Shown one piece after another: positions 9,764 to 19,986 of a stretch of 64,000 nt of DNA. Positions within the stretch are counted from its first letter, which is position 1; each line of letters begins with the position of its first letter. The notes beneath the pieces are model-generated. The model did not search any database. It saw only the letters and a list, made by a program, of their open reading frames with translations, and had not been told where the DNA came from. This DNA comes from Rhodospirillales bacterium. Its GTDB lineage: Bacteria > Pseudomonadota > Alphaproteobacteria > Rhodospirillales > UBA2165. The stretch lies in NCBI GenBank assembly GCA_028823885.1, contig JAPPFK010000055.1:6971-70970 (forward strand). Direction: 5' to 3'. Made by a program: the position numbers and the translations under genes.

Positions 9764-11863
9764 ATGCCTGAACTTCTCTTGGAAATCCTGTCCGAGGAAA
9801 TCCCCGCCCGCATGCAGGCCCGGGCCGCCGAGGACTTGAGGCGGCTGGTGACCGGCGGCCTCGAGGAGGCCGGGCTGGCGTTCGATTCCGCCCGGGCATT
9901 CGCGACGCCGCGCCGCCTCGCGCTGGTGGTCGACGGCCTGCCGGCGAAAACCCCGGATATTTCCGAGGAACGCCGGGGACCGCGCGCCGATGCGCCCGAC
10001 CGGGCGGTGGAAGGTTTCCTGCGCGGCAACGGCATCACCAGGGATCAGGCCGAAATCCGCGAGACCGGGAAGGGGTCGTTCTACTTCGCGGTGATCGAGA
10101 AGAAGGGTGCGAAGAGCGTCGACCTGCTGCCGGAAATTCTGGCGGAAGCCATTGATGCGCTTCCCTGGCCGAAGTCCATGCGCTGGGCCGGCCGGTCCGA
10201 ACGCTGGGTCCGGCCCATTCACGGTCTCTTGTGTTTGCTTGACGGCAGGAAGGTGAGCCTTGCGCGAGGCGGGATCGAAAGCGGATCCAAGACCGTTGGC
10301 CACCGTTTCCTGGCGCCCAAGGCGTTTGCGGTGAAGGGTTTCGACGACTACGAGGCCAAGCTCCGGAATGCGAAGGTGATCCTCGATGCCGCCGAGCGCC
10401 GGGAAATTATCCTCGCCGATGCCGTCAAGCTGGCGGACGAGGCCGGTCTCAGGCTGAAGGACGATCCGGGTCTCGCCGACGAGGTGGCCGGACTGGTCGA
10501 GTGGCCGGTCACCTACATGGGCACGATCGACGGCGAATTCATGGACCTGCCGCCCGAGGTGCTCACCACCTCCATGCGGGCCCACCAGAAGTATTTCGCC
10601 CTTGAAACCACGTCCGGGGCCTTGGCGCCCAATTTCATCGTCGTCGCCAATACGGAAACCTCGGACAAGGGCAAGGCGGTGGTCGCCGGCAACGAGCGGG
10701 TGCTCCGCGCCCGGCTGGCCGACGCCAAGTTTTATTGGGATCAGGACCGTCGCGCCTCACTTCAGTCCTACAAACCGTTCTTGGAGAATTTGGTATTCCA
10801 CGCCGACGCAGGAACGGTTGCTGTGAAGATTTTTCGGATGGAGAATTTGGTCGATGTATTACTGAACAGTTTTTCGCCTGAGTTCATCAAAGGAACCTAT
10901 TCCGAGGACTACCGTGAGGCGGTTCGCCTCGCGAAGTGTGATCTTGCGTCCGGGATGGTTAGAGAGTTTCCAGAGTTGCAAGGTCTGATGGGTCGTTACT
11001 ACGCCTTGGAGGATAAGGTAAATCCCTCAGTCGCGACCGCGATCGCTGAGCATTACTCACCGAAGGGGCCTCGGGATAGTTGTCCAACAAAGCCGATAAG
11101 CGTTTTTGTTTCGCTTCTAGACAAGCTCCATGACCTTGGCGCCCTTTACGCCGTCGGTGTACGTGCCACCGGGTCCGGCGATCCATACGGCCTGAGAAGA
11201 ACCGCTCTCGGAATTATCAGGCTCATTTTGGAGAACTCCCTGCGGGTACCACTGCAAAGACTGCTCTACCTGATTGTCCGACAATATAACCCCACGGACA
11301 CGATTGAGGATGATGAGGCGATCGTGGACGAGATTTTGGACTTTATCGCCGACCGGCTAAAGGTTCATCTCCGCGAACAGGGCACCCGTCACGACCTCAT
11401 CTCGGCGGTCTTTGCGCTCGGTGGCGAGGATGATCTGGTGCGCCTCACCAAGCGGGTCTCCGCGCTCGGCAGATTCCTCGAGACCGACGACGGCGCAAGT
11501 CTGCTGACGGTCTATAAGCGGGCCGCCAACATTCTGAGAGCCGAAGAAAAGCGGGACAACACCAAATACAGTGATGAGGGGACTAACCCGCTGACGTCAC
11601 GGGAATCTGCTGAGCAGGATTTAATAGACCGCCTATGGGATGTCGGCCCCAAAATTACAAAGGCAAACGAGAACGAAGAATTTGACGAATCGATGCGTCT
11701 TTTGTCGTCTACACGACCTGACCTGGACAAATTCTTTGATAACGTCACTGTAAACGTCGAGGATTCAGAGCTTCGAGAGACACGACTTCGGATGCTTGAT
11801 TTCATCAGGAAGTCGTTCCATTACATCGCTGATTTTTCTCAAATCGAAGGGGGCGAGCGTTGA
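9764..11863 (+). CDS. glyS: glycine--tRNA ligase beta subunit
   Basis: 699 aa directly after glyQ. GlyS motifs AKCDLASGMVREFPELQGLMGRYYA and DPYGLRRTALGIIRLI. Confidence 0.95.
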   Translation: MPELLLEILSEEIPARMQARAAEDLRRLVTGGLEEAGLAFDSARAFATPRRLALVVDGLPAKTPDISEERRGPRADAPDRAVEGFLRGNGITRDQAEIRETGKGSFYFAVIEKKGAKSVDLLPEILAEAIDALPWPKSMRWAGRSERWVRPIHGLLCLLDGRKVSLARGGIESGSKTVGHRFLAPKAFAVKGFDDYEAKLRNAKVILDAAERREIILADAVKLADEAGLRLKDDPGLADEVAGLVEWPVTYMGTIDGEFMDLPPEVLTTSMRAHQKYFALETTSGALAPNFIVVANTETSDKGKAVVAGNERVLRARLADAKFYWDQDRRASLQSYKPFLENLVFHADAGTVAVKIFRMENLVDVLLNSFSPEFIKGTYSEDYREAVRLAKCDLASGMVREFPELQGLMGRYYALEDKVNPSVATAIAEHYSPKGPRDSCPTKPISVFVSLLDKLHDLGALYAVGVRATGSGDPYGLRRTALGIIRLILENSLRVPLQRLLYLIVRQYNPTDTIEDDEAIVDEILDFIADRLKVHLREQGTRHDLISAVFALGGEDDLVRLTKRVSALGRFLETDDGASLLTVYKRAANILRAEEKRDNTKYSDEGTNPLTSRESAEQDLIDRLWDVGPKITKANENEEFDESMRLLSSTRPDLDKFFDNVTVNVEDSELRETRLRMLDFIRKSFHYIADFSQIEGGER

Positions 11864-14541
11864 CAGCCAAATATGTCTACGCTTTTGGCGGCGGCACTGC
11901 CGAGGGCGGGGCCGAGATGCGCAATCTGTTGGGCGGCAAGGGGGCGAACCTCGCCGAGATGGCCTCGCTGGGCCTGCCGGTGCCGCCCGGATTCACCCTG
12001 ACCACCGAAGTCTGCAACGCCTATACCCGGGCCGGCGGCGACTACCCGGACGGTTTGCGGGCCGAGGTCGAAGCGGCTCTGGCGGCGGTCGAGCGGACCA
12101 TCGGCAAGACGTTCGGCGATCCGGACGATCCGCTGCTGGTTTCCGTCCGCTCCGGCGCCCGGGCCTCCATGCCGGGCATGATGGACACGGTTCTCAATCT
12201 GGGGCTCAACGACGAGACCGTCGGCGGGCTCGCCAAGTCGTCCCGCGACGAGCGGTTTGCCTGGGACAGCTACCGGCGCTTCATCCAGATGTACGGGGAC
12301 GTGGTGCTGGGCGTGGAGCATCATCACTTCGAGGACATCCTGGCCGACCACAAGGACGCCAAGGGCGTCAGCCTCGATACCGATCTCGATGCCGGAGACT
12401 GGAAGAAAGTCGCCTGCGGCTTCGCGGCCAAGGTGGAAGAGGAACTGGGCGCGCCGTTCCCCCAGGACCCCAAGGACCAGCTTTGGGGCGCCATCGGCGC
12501 GGTGTTCGGCAGCTGGATGAACGACCGGGCGATCACCTACCGGCGGCTCCATGATATCCCCGAAGCCTGGGGCACGGCGGTCAATATCCAGTCCATGGTA
12601 TTCGGCAATATGGGCGACACGTCGGCGACCGGCGTCTGTTTCACCCGCAACCCGTCCACCGGCGAGAACACCTTCTACGGCGAATACCTGATCAACGCCC
12701 AGGGCGAGGACGTGGTCGCCGGCATCCGGACGCCGCAGCCCCTGACCGTGGCCGAGCGCGAGACGAACGGCGGCGGTCAGCCCTCCATGGAAGAGACCAT
12801 GCCCGGGCTGTTCGGCGAATTGGATACGGTCCGCCAGAAGCTCGAAGCCCATTACAAGGACATGCAGGACATGGAATTCACGGTCCAGGAGGGCAAGCTG
12901 TGGATGCTTCAGACCCGGACCGGCAAGCGGACCGCCAAGGCCGCCCTGAAGATCGCCATCGATATGGCGGACGCCGGGCTCATTTCCCGCGACGAGGCCA
13001 TCCGCCGCATCGATCCCGGACAGCTTGACCAGCTCCTCCACCCGACGCTGGACCCGGCGGCCATTCGGAATGTGCTGGCGCGCGGACTGCCGGCATCGCC
13101 GGGCGCCGCCTGCGGCAAGGTGGTGTTTTCCGCCGCCGAGGCCGAGGCCCTCGCGGCCCAGGGCGACAAGGTCATCCTGGTGCGGATCGAAACCAGCCCG
13201 GAGGACATCGGCGGCATGCATGCCGCCGAGGGCATTCTCACCACCCGCGGCGGCATGACCTCTCACGCCGCCGTCGTCGCGCGAGGCATGGGCCGTCCGT
13301 GCGTCGCCGGGGCCGGTGAGATACGGGTCGACTACAACGCCAAGACCCTGACCGCCATGGGCCAGACGGTGGGCGAGGGGGAGATGATCACCATCGACGG
13401 CGGACGCGGCGAGGTGATGCTGGGCGAGGTGAAGAGCATCCAGCCGGAACTGACCGGCGACTTCGGCACGCTCATGTCCTGGGTCGACGAGGTCCGCGAG
13501 CTTCGCGTCCGGACCAATGCCGAAACGCCCGAGGATGCCGCGACCGCGCGCAAATTCGGCGCCGAAGGCATCGGCCTTTGCCGCACCGAGCACATGTTCT
13601 TCGATCCGGCGCGGATCGTGAATATGCGGGAGATGATCCTGGCCGCCGACGAGGATGGCCGCCGCGCCGCGCTCGCCAAGCTGCTGCCCTACCAGCGGGA
13701 CGATTTCATCGAGCTGTTCACCATCATGAAAGGCCTGCCGGTCACGGTCCGGCTGCTGGACCCGCCGCTGCACGAGTTCCTGCCCAACACGGACGAGGAG
13801 ATGGCCGAGGTCGCGGACGCGGCCGGCACCGAAATCCGCGAGGTAAAGGCCCGCGCCGCGTCGCTGCACGAGGCCAACCCCATGCTGGGCCTGCGCGGCT
13901 GCCGGCTGGGCATCATGTATCCGGAAATCTACGAGATGCAGTGCCGTGCCATATTCGAGGCGGCTTCCGAGGTTCAGAAATCCACCGGCGAAGCGGTCAC
14001 GCCTGAAGTCATGATCCCGCTGGTCGGCGCCAAGGCGGAACTCGATATCCTCAAGGATGTCGTCGACCGGGTGGCGGCCGAGGTGAAGGAAGCCGGCGGT
14101 GCCGGCGTCGAATACATGACCGGGACCATGATCGAATTGCCGCGCGCCGCCCTGACGGCGGACGCCATCGCCGAAACCGCGGAGTTCTTCTCATTCGGCA
14201 CCAACGACCTGACCCAAACCACCTACGGGCTCAGCCGGGACGATTCCGGGTCGTTCCTCGACACCTACCGCTCGAAGGGCATCTACGAGACCGACCCCTT
14301 TGTCAGCATCGATCCGGCGGGCGTCGGCGAGTTGGTGAGAATCGCCGCCGAAAAAGGGCGCGGCGCCCGGAGCGATATCAAGCTCGGCATCTGCGGCGAA
14401 CATGGCGGCGATCCGGCGTCGGTGGCGTTTTGCCACAAGGTGGGGCTGGAATACGTGTCGTGCTCGCCCTATCGGGTGCCCATCGCCCGGTTGGCGGCGG
14501 CGCAGGCGGCGCTCGGCGTCGAGGCGCTGGTCGACGCGTAG
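11860..14541 (+). CDS. ppdK: pyruvate, phosphate dikinase
   Basis: 893 aa. Phosphohistidine loop GGMTSHAAVVARGMG and PEP-utilising C-terminal GICGEHGGDP. The TTG start overlaps the glyS stop (TTGA). Confidence 0.95.
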   Translation: MTAKYVYAFGGGTAEGGAEMRNLLGGKGANLAEMASLGLPVPPGFTLTTEVCNAYTRAGGDYPDGLRAEVEAALAAVERTIGKTFGDPDDPLLVSVRSGARASMPGMMDTVLNLGLNDETVGGLAKSSRDERFAWDSYRRFIQMYGDVVLGVEHHHFEDILADHKDAKGVSLDTDLDAGDWKKVACGFAAKVEEELGAPFPQDPKDQLWGAIGAVFGSWMNDRAITYRRLHDIPEAWGTAVNIQSMVFGNMGDTSATGVCFTRNPSTGENTFYGEYLINAQGEDVVAGIRTPQPLTVAERETNGGGQPSMEETMPGLFGELDTVRQKLEAHYKDMQDMEFTVQEGKLWMLQTRTGKRTAKAALKIAIDMADAGLISRDEAIRRIDPGQLDQLLHPTLDPAAIRNVLARGLPASPGAACGKVVFSAAEAEALAAQGDKVILVRIETSPEDIGGMHAAEGILTTRGGMTSHAAVVARGMGRPCVAGAGEIRVDYNAKTLTAMGQTVGEGEMITIDGGRGEVMLGEVKSIQPELTGDFGTLMSWVDEVRELRVRTNAETPEDAATARKFGAEGIGLCRTEHMFFDPARIVNMREMILAADEDGRRAALAKLLPYQRDDFIELFTIMKGLPVTVRLLDPPLHEFLPNTDEEMAEVADAAGTEIREVKARAASLHEANPMLGLRGCRLGIMYPEIYEMQCRAIFEAASEVQKSTGEAVTPEVMIPLVGAKAELDILKDVVDRVAAEVKEAGGAGVEYMTGTMIELPRAALTADAIAETAEFFSFGTNDLTQTTYGLSRDDSGSFLDTYRSKGIYETDPFVSIDPAGVGELVRIAAEKGRGARSDIKLGICGEHGGDPASVAFCHKVGLEYVSCSPYRVPIARLAAAQAALGVEALVDA

Positions 14542-14706
14542 TGTCTGTTTTCCCCGAGCGCGCAACGGAGGACCCATCCCATGCCTGACGACGTCAAACC
14601 CGCCGATCACATGGGCCAGGGCGAGAACGGCGAACAGCAGCAAGCCGATTACCAGGAGGGAATGCGAGAGAGGCTCTATTAGCGCCGCCGGCGAGGAGGG
14701 CATTTC

Positions 14707-15720
14707 ATGGCCATCGACGTTCACACCCACTACTTCCCGGAACCGGTCGCCGACATGTTCCGCGGCCGGACCAAGGCGCCGTGGATCGAGCGGATGCCCG
14801 GTGGCGGCGAGCGGCTGCACCTGCCGGTCAACATCCTCGCCTTCACCGAGGATTACGTCGACATGGACGCGCGGCTGGCCTTCATGGACCGGATGGGCGT
14901 GGACGCTCAATTGCTGTCGCTCGCCGGATTGTTCGGCGCCGACAGCCTGCCCGTGGAAGAAGCGCAGCCCATTTGCGAGACCTTCAACAATGAAGCGGCG
15001 GCGCTTCACCGGTCACATCCGGAGCGGTTCGCCTGCCTCGCCGCCCTGCCGTTTGCCGACATGGATGCGGCGCTGGCCGAGTACCGCCGGGGCCGCGAGC
15101 TGGGTCTGGTGGGGGCCGTTCTGCCGATGAACTTCTTCGACAGCCTGGAACAGGCGGAACGGCTGCGTCCGCTGTTCGATCTTGCCGAAGCGCTCGGCGG
15201 CCACTTGTTTCTGCATCCGGGTCCCCGGCCCGACCAGCGCCCGGATCTGAAGGCCGATGCGCCGGCGCCGTTTTCGGATAACGGGGTGTACCGGAGTTCG
15301 CTCGAGGTTCAGAACAAAGTCGGCCAGGCCATGGTGACGTTGCTGATGACCGACTTCCTGGACGGCTACGGGAATTTGACCGTCCATGTCGCCAATCTGG
15401 CCGGCACCCTGCCGGCGGTCGTCGAGCGTCTCGACAATATCGTCATTACCCGCGATCCGGACGCGCCCTTGCCATCTTCGATGATGAAGAAGGTCGCGGT
15501 CGATTGCTCCTCGTTCGGGTCGGAATCCATCGAATTTGCCGCGAAGTTCATCGGCGCGGAGCATATTCTGCTGGGCACCGACTGCCCGATCTTTCGCACC
15601 GACCGGACCATTTCAGGCATCGAAGCGACCCGGCTGAGCGCGCCGGAGAAGCAGGCTATCCTGCATGGCAATGCCGTCCGGCTGCTGAGCGGCGTTTGGC
15701 CGGCGCTGGGTGAAAGCTGA
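14707..15720 (+). CDS. amidohydrolase-2 family protein (ACMSD-like hydrolase/decarboxylase)
   Basis: N-terminal metal motif MAIDVHTHYFP. 337 aa. Confidence 0.8.
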   Translation: MAIDVHTHYFPEPVADMFRGRTKAPWIERMPGGGERLHLPVNILAFTEDYVDMDARLAFMDRMGVDAQLLSLAGLFGADSLPVEEAQPICETFNNEAAALHRSHPERFACLAALPFADMDAALAEYRRGRELGLVGAVLPMNFFDSLEQAERLRPLFDLAEALGGHLFLHPGPRPDQRPDLKADAPAPFSDNGVYRSSLEVQNKVGQAMVTLLMTDFLDGYGNLTVHVANLAGTLPAVVERLDNIVITRDPDAPLPSSMMKKVAVDCSSFGSESIEFAAKFIGAEHILLGTDCPIFRTDRTISGIEATRLSAPEKQAILHGNAVRLLSGVWPALGES

Positions 15721-15723
15721 GAC

Positions 15724-16467
15724 TTGTCCGGGCTTTTCGCGTTCGTCACAACGGTGGATTTTGCCGTGGCGCTCGGCGTCATGCTGCTGGGCGGCATGGT
15801 TCACGGGCTGACCGGCTTCGGCGGCGCTCTCCTTACGATGCCGCTATTGGCCCTGTTGTTCGGTCCGGTGGAGGCCCTGGCGCTTTCGGCGCCCGCCTGG
15901 GTCCTCGGCACGTTGCAGATGCTGCCCCGCGCCTCCCGCGAGGCCGATTGGCCGGCGCTACGGCCAATCCTCATACCGGCGGTGCTGGCGACGCCGCTCG
16001 GCACGCTGCTGCTGTTCGTCATGGAGCCGGATATCGTCCGCCGGACCATCGGCCTGTTCGTCCTGGCCGGGGCGGTGATGCTGGCCACGGGCTGGACCTA
16101 TAGGGGCCCCCGCGGACGGCTGCCCGGGATTGTCGTGGGATCGCTGTGCGGCGGCATCACAGGATTTTCCGGGGTGGGCGGTCCGCCCGTCGTCGTCTAC
16201 GTCATGGCCTTGCCGGACTCTCCGGCAATGCAGCGGGCAAACATCGTCGTCATCGTCGGATTCGTGGGCGTCATGACTTTGCTCGGCGTTACCGTCGGCG
16301 GGGCCTACGACGGGACGGTTGTGCTGACCGCCCTCATTCTTGCCGTCGCCTATGTGGCCGGAACCTGGAGCGGCAGCGCCGGATTTCGGGCGGCATCGGA
16401 CGCATTCTTCCGGCGCGCCGCGCTGACCGTATTGTTCGCGAGCGGTATCGCGGCGATCGTCCTGTAG
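15724..16467 (+). CDS. TauE/SafE family anion exporter
   Basis: 247 aa polytopic membrane protein with Gly-rich GGMVHGLTGFGGALL and GITGFSGVGGPP repeats. Confidence 0.8.
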   Translation: MSGLFAFVTTVDFAVALGVMLLGGMVHGLTGFGGALLTMPLLALLFGPVEALALSAPAWVLGTLQMLPRASREADWPALRPILIPAVLATPLGTLLLFVMEPDIVRRTIGLFVLAGAVMLATGWTYRGPRGRLPGIVVGSLCGGITGFSGVGGPPVVVYVMALPDSPAMQRANIVVIVGFVGVMTLLGVTVGGAYDGTVVLTALILAVAYVAGTWSGSAGFRAASDAFFRRAALTVLFASGIAAIVL

Positions 16468-16477
16468 GTCCGGACCA

Positions 16478-17221
16478 GTGACCGAAACCATCCTCGCCAC
16501 TCTCGATCTCGATCTTGCTGTCGCATTGCTGGTCGCTATCGCCGCCGGCATGGCCCATGGCTTTACCGGGTTCGGCGGGGCGCTGGTCGCGATGCCGCTC
16601 TACACCGTGTTGTTCGGCCCGGTCGAGGCGCTGGCGATCCTGGTCTTCGCCGGGGTTGTCGGCTCGGCACAACTCACACTGCCGGCGATGAGGATCGCCC
16701 GGTGGCCGCACCTGATCCCGATGATGGCCGCGGCAATCATCTTCACGCCGCTCGGCGTGCTTTCGCTGGTGACCATCGATCCGGATCTCATCCGGCGGGC
16801 AATCGGAATCCTCGTCCTGTTGGGCGCCTTGGTCATCGGCTTCGGCTGGACCTACAAGGGGCCGAGAAATACCGCTACCGGCGCCGCCGCGGGCGCGCTG
16901 GCCGGGTACCTCACCGGCGCCACCGGCATGGGCGGGCCGCCGCTGGCCGCCTACATGCTGGCCTTTCCCGATCCGGCAGACGTCCAACGGGCCAACATCG
17001 TCCTGATGACGGCATTGCTGATCACGACCACGCTGATCGGCCTGATCGTCGCCGGCAGCTATCATCCCGAGACCATTGTGCGGACCATATTGCTCACGCC
17101 GGTCTATATGTTCGGCGCCTGGTGGGGCGGGCGGCTTTTCCACAGCCGGTTCCAGACCCTGTTTCGCCGCGTGGCCATCGGGCTGCTGGTCGCCGGCGGA
17201 ATCATCGCATTGGCCGCCTAA
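16478..17221 (+). CDS. TauE/SafE family anion exporter (tandem paralogue)
   Basis: Same length and motif layout as the upstream gene (AGMAHGFTGFGGALV, GATGMGGPP). Confidence 0.8.
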   Translation: MTETILATLDLDLAVALLVAIAAGMAHGFTGFGGALVAMPLYTVLFGPVEALAILVFAGVVGSAQLTLPAMRIARWPHLIPMMAAAIIFTPLGVLSLVTIDPDLIRRAIGILVLLGALVIGFGWTYKGPRNTATGAAAGALAGYLTGATGMGGPPLAAYMLAFPDPADVQRANIVLMTALLITTTLIGLIVAGSYHPETIVRTILLTPVYMFGAWWGGRLFHSRFQTLFRRVAIGLLVAGGIIALAA

Positions 17222-17880
17222 GGGCTACCGCCCTGCCGTCTGACGAAAATCGTCCACTCCCTGTCGTCGTAGCCGTCGAACAGGCGGCTGTCGGGCGACA
17301 GGACCCGCCGGCAGAAAGCGAGGAATATCCGGGGATCGGCGTAATAGAGGGTCCGGTGCTTCTCCGGCGTGTGAATACTCATCATGTTGAAGGCGAGGCC
17401 GGTGTGCGTCCTGGACCAAAGTTGGGTCAGGTTATCGAGCACGAATTCCAGCCATTCCCTGTCCCCGGCGTGCATCTTGATGTTGTAGCTCCCCGAGACG
17501 AAGGAGTAGTCGGCGTCCCGGGTCGCCTCATGGGAAAGGATGAACGAGGCCCGTTTGTCCCGGATACGCGAATTCGCCTGGGCCAGCATCTCCCGGCTGA
17601 TGTCGTAACCGAAGTACCGGCCCCGTTCGAGCTGCGGCAAATCGGCGTACGCCTCGAACATGGCGCCATAGCCGCAGCCGAGATCGTTGATGACCAAACG
17701 ATCCGAACACTCATCGGCGAACAATCCGGCGAATATCCGGAAACGGTGCTGCTGACGTTCGGCGCTCGACCATCCGACGCCTTTGTTCATGGCGCCGTGT
17801 TTCCGAATGGTCCGCCCGAAGCTGCGGGAGACGGGTTCGAGAATATCCGGAAGCGGAGCGCGGCGCCGGCGGCCAAACAT
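17218..17880 (-). CDS. class I SAM-dependent methyltransferase
   Basis: Motif I VINDLGCGYG. 220 aa. The exact start is uncertain. Confidence 0.7.
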   Translation of the reverse strand: MFGRRRRAPLPDILEPVSRSFGRTIRKHGAMNKGVGWSSAERQQHRFRIFAGLFADECSDRLVINDLGCGYGAMFEAYADLPQLERGRYFGYDISREMLAQANSRIRDKRASFILSHEATRDADYSFVSGSYNIKMHAGDREWLEFVLDNLTQLWSRTHTGLAFNMMSIHTPEKHRTLYYADPRIFLAFCRRVLSPDSRLFDGYDDREWTIFVRRQGGSP

Positions 17881-17923
17881 GGGCCGGAGTCTACGCCAGC
17901 CCCGGTCTGCGCCGCAACGAAAC

Positions 17924-18817
17924 CTATTCGGCCTCGGGCAGCGCCACCCAGGGCGCGATATCGGGGATGATCCGCGTCTCGCCCGCCATCAATGGCGCCT
18001 CGCCGCCCACCGCCTCCAGTCTCAGCAGGGCGATGGCGCGGCTGCCTTGGCCCGAGCGCATCTCGCCCGCATCCTTGCCGCCGGCGGTGATCCGGGTTCC
18101 CGGCGAGGGAAGCGGCCCGTCGATCTGGACTGGCAGCAGGCGCTTCTTCACCAGGCCGCGGTACTTGGTCCGCGCGGTGAGCTCCTGCCCCATGAAGCAG
18201 CCCTTGTCCCAATCCACCCCGTGCAACTCTTCGAAGCCGCTCTCCAGGAGAATCGCCTTGTCCACCTCCATATCCCGGCTGCCGTCGGGAAGCCCCAGCG
18301 CCAGCCGATGCGCGTCATAGCTCTCCGCAGCCGCTTCGGCACAGCCCATTGCCTCGAGCGCGGGACCGAGATTTGCGGCCGGCGCAATGCCGCGGAGACC
18401 GGCATCGGCCAGCCTGGGATCCACATAGGCGATCCCCTCGGCGCACGGCCGGGCGGCGCCGGGTTCCGCCTCGAAACCGAGAGAAGCCGCCGTTTCGCCG
18501 CCGAAAACCGCGGCGACGGCGAACGAGCCGGTGACGTCTTCGATGTCCACGGCCGCGCGTAGCCTGTACATGTTCAGCCGGCGCATGAAATCGTCCAGCC
18601 GGTCGGCCTCGCAATCGATCAACAGCCCACCGTCGGCAGCCTGAACAATGAAGAAGTCGAACAGATATTTGCCCTGGGGGGTCAAGAACGCAGCGTAGAT
18701 GCTTCGTTCCGGCGATACCTTCTCGACATCGTTGGAGACCAGGCCTTGAAGGAAATCCCGGGCGTCGGCGCCCGAAACCCGGATCACCCCCCGGTTGGGC
18801 AAAATGGCGTATTTCAT
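17924..18817 (-). CDS. ygfZ: folate-binding protein YgfZ
   Basis: Aminomethyltransferase-like fold with the signature KGCFMGQELTARTKYRG. Confidence 0.85.
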   Translation of the reverse strand: MKYAILPNRGVIRVSGADARDFLQGLVSNDVEKVSPERSIYAAFLTPQGKYLFDFFIVQAADGGLLIDCEADRLDDFMRRLNMYRLRAAVDIEDVTGSFAVAAVFGGETAASLGFEAEPGAARPCAEGIAYVDPRLADAGLRGIAPAANLGPALEAMGCAEAAAESYDAHRLALGLPDGSRDMEVDKAILLESGFEELHGVDWDKGCFMGQELTARTKYRGLVKKRLLPVQIDGPLPSPGTRITAGGKDAGEMRSGQGSRAIALLRLEAVGGEAPLMAGETRIIPDIAPWVALPEAE

Positions 18818-18945
18818 CTGCTCGGTCCTGTCATTCCGTCACACCATATAGGCCCTTGGCCGGGCTCGGCAAGAACGGCAAAAACCCCAAAATATTCAAG
18901 GGTTTCCCGCTTTTCTTGGCGCGGGGCTCCGCGTATAAACCAGCC

Positions 18946-19986
18946 ATGAGGATCACCATGATCGACGACACGATTGCCTTCGATGGCCGAACGCCGTCGG
19001 TTCGCGCCCTCGGCGGCGCCGAGAAGGCCGTCGCGGGCCTGGCTGCCGCGCTTGCCGCCCGCGATCACGCCGTCAGCGTCGTCAATCGGTGCGACAAGGG
19101 AGAGGTTATCGACGGCGTCACCTGGGCTCCCTGGGACGCCCCGCGTCCGCCGGCCGCCGACGTGACCATCGCGCAACGCGACCCGCGCCTGTTCCAGGAA
19201 TTGCCCGAGGCGCCGGCCAACATACTTTGGTATTGGGGTAATCCGGCGCAGCTCAATCAGCCGGAAAATCAGGCGGCGATGGAGCGGTACAAGCCGATCG
19301 TGGCATTCGTGGGCGAAGCCCAGAAACAGTTGTGGCGGTCGTGGCGGGATTTCATCGAGGTGGTCATCCCGCCGGGTCTCTGTCCTGACTACATCCGCGC
19401 CGAAGCGCCCGAGGAGCATCCTGATCCGATCGCCGTCATGACCACTCATCCGGTGCATGGCATGACGGATTTCGTCCGGCTCTGGCGGGAGAGGATTTAC
19501 GCTCAACGGCCGGCGGCCAAGCTCCACATCTACTCGGCATCACTGGCAAAAGCGGCGTCGGGCTCCAAGCCCCTCGACCGGATTGCCGACGTCTTCGAAG
19601 AAGTGCGGGAAGCGGCGGACGATGGGGTCGAGATCAAGGCGCCCGGACCCGATGCGGACATGGCCGCGGCGTATGCCGCCGCGCGGGTGCACCTCTATCC
19701 GGCGATTCCGAGCGAAATGTACGGCTCGACGCTTGCGGAGAGCCAAGCGGCCGGTCTGCCCGCCGTGGTACTCCGGCCGGAAACCGCGTCCCCCGCCGCC
19801 GAAAGGGTGCACAACGGGCGTACCGGATATCTGGTGCCTGATTTGGAGGCGGTCGCAAATATTGCCCTCGAACTGCTATCGGATGATTTTGGCATGTATG
19901 ATGGGCTGCATCGGGACGCCCGGATATTGCAGGCGGCCCGCAAATGGGAGACGGCGGCCATCGAATTCGAAGGATTGTGGTCTTGA
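18946..19986 (+). CDS. glycosyltransferase family 4 (GT-B)
   Basis: N-terminal IAFDGRTPSVRALGGAEKAVAGLAAALAARDHAV and C-terminal E-x7-E-like region SEMYGSTLAESQAAGLPAV. Start taken at MRITMIDD. Confidence 0.75.
   Translation: MRITMIDDTIAFDGRTPSVRALGGAEKAVAGLAAALAARDHAVSVVNRCDKGEVIDGVTWAPWDAPRPPAADVTIAQRDPRLFQELPEAPANILWYWGNPAQLNQPENQAAMERYKPIVAFVGEAQKQLWRSWRDFIEVVIPPGLCPDYIRAEAPEEHPDPIAVMTTHPVHGMTDFVRLWRERIYAQRPAAKLHIYSASLAKAASGSKPLDRIADVFEEVREAADDGVEIKAPGPDADMAAAYAAARVHLYPAIPSEMYGSTLAESQAAGLPAVVLRPETASPAAERVHNGRTGYLVPDLEAVANIALELLSDDFGMYDGLHRDARILQAARKWETAAIEFEGLWS

Noticed and set aside
11839-13869. Very long antisense ORFs. Examples are the 676-aa ORF opposite ppdK, 33843-35582 opposite dctQ/dctM, 49814-51406 opposite the EamA genes, and 41364-42833 opposite the GMC gene.
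   Set aside because: Their translations are Arg/Gly/Pro/His/Asp-rich low-complexity sequence with no recognisable motifs. The opposite strand encodes unmistakable conserved proteins. Long spurious antisense ORFs are expected at this GC content.
14581-14682. 33-aa ORF (MPDDVKPADHMGQGENGEQQQ...) in the ppdK-amidohydrolase spacer, and a TM-like stretch on its antisense strand.
   Set aside because: There is no SD, the composition is atypical, and no motif is present. The antisense hydrophobic stretch has no plausible start and no stop within the spacer.
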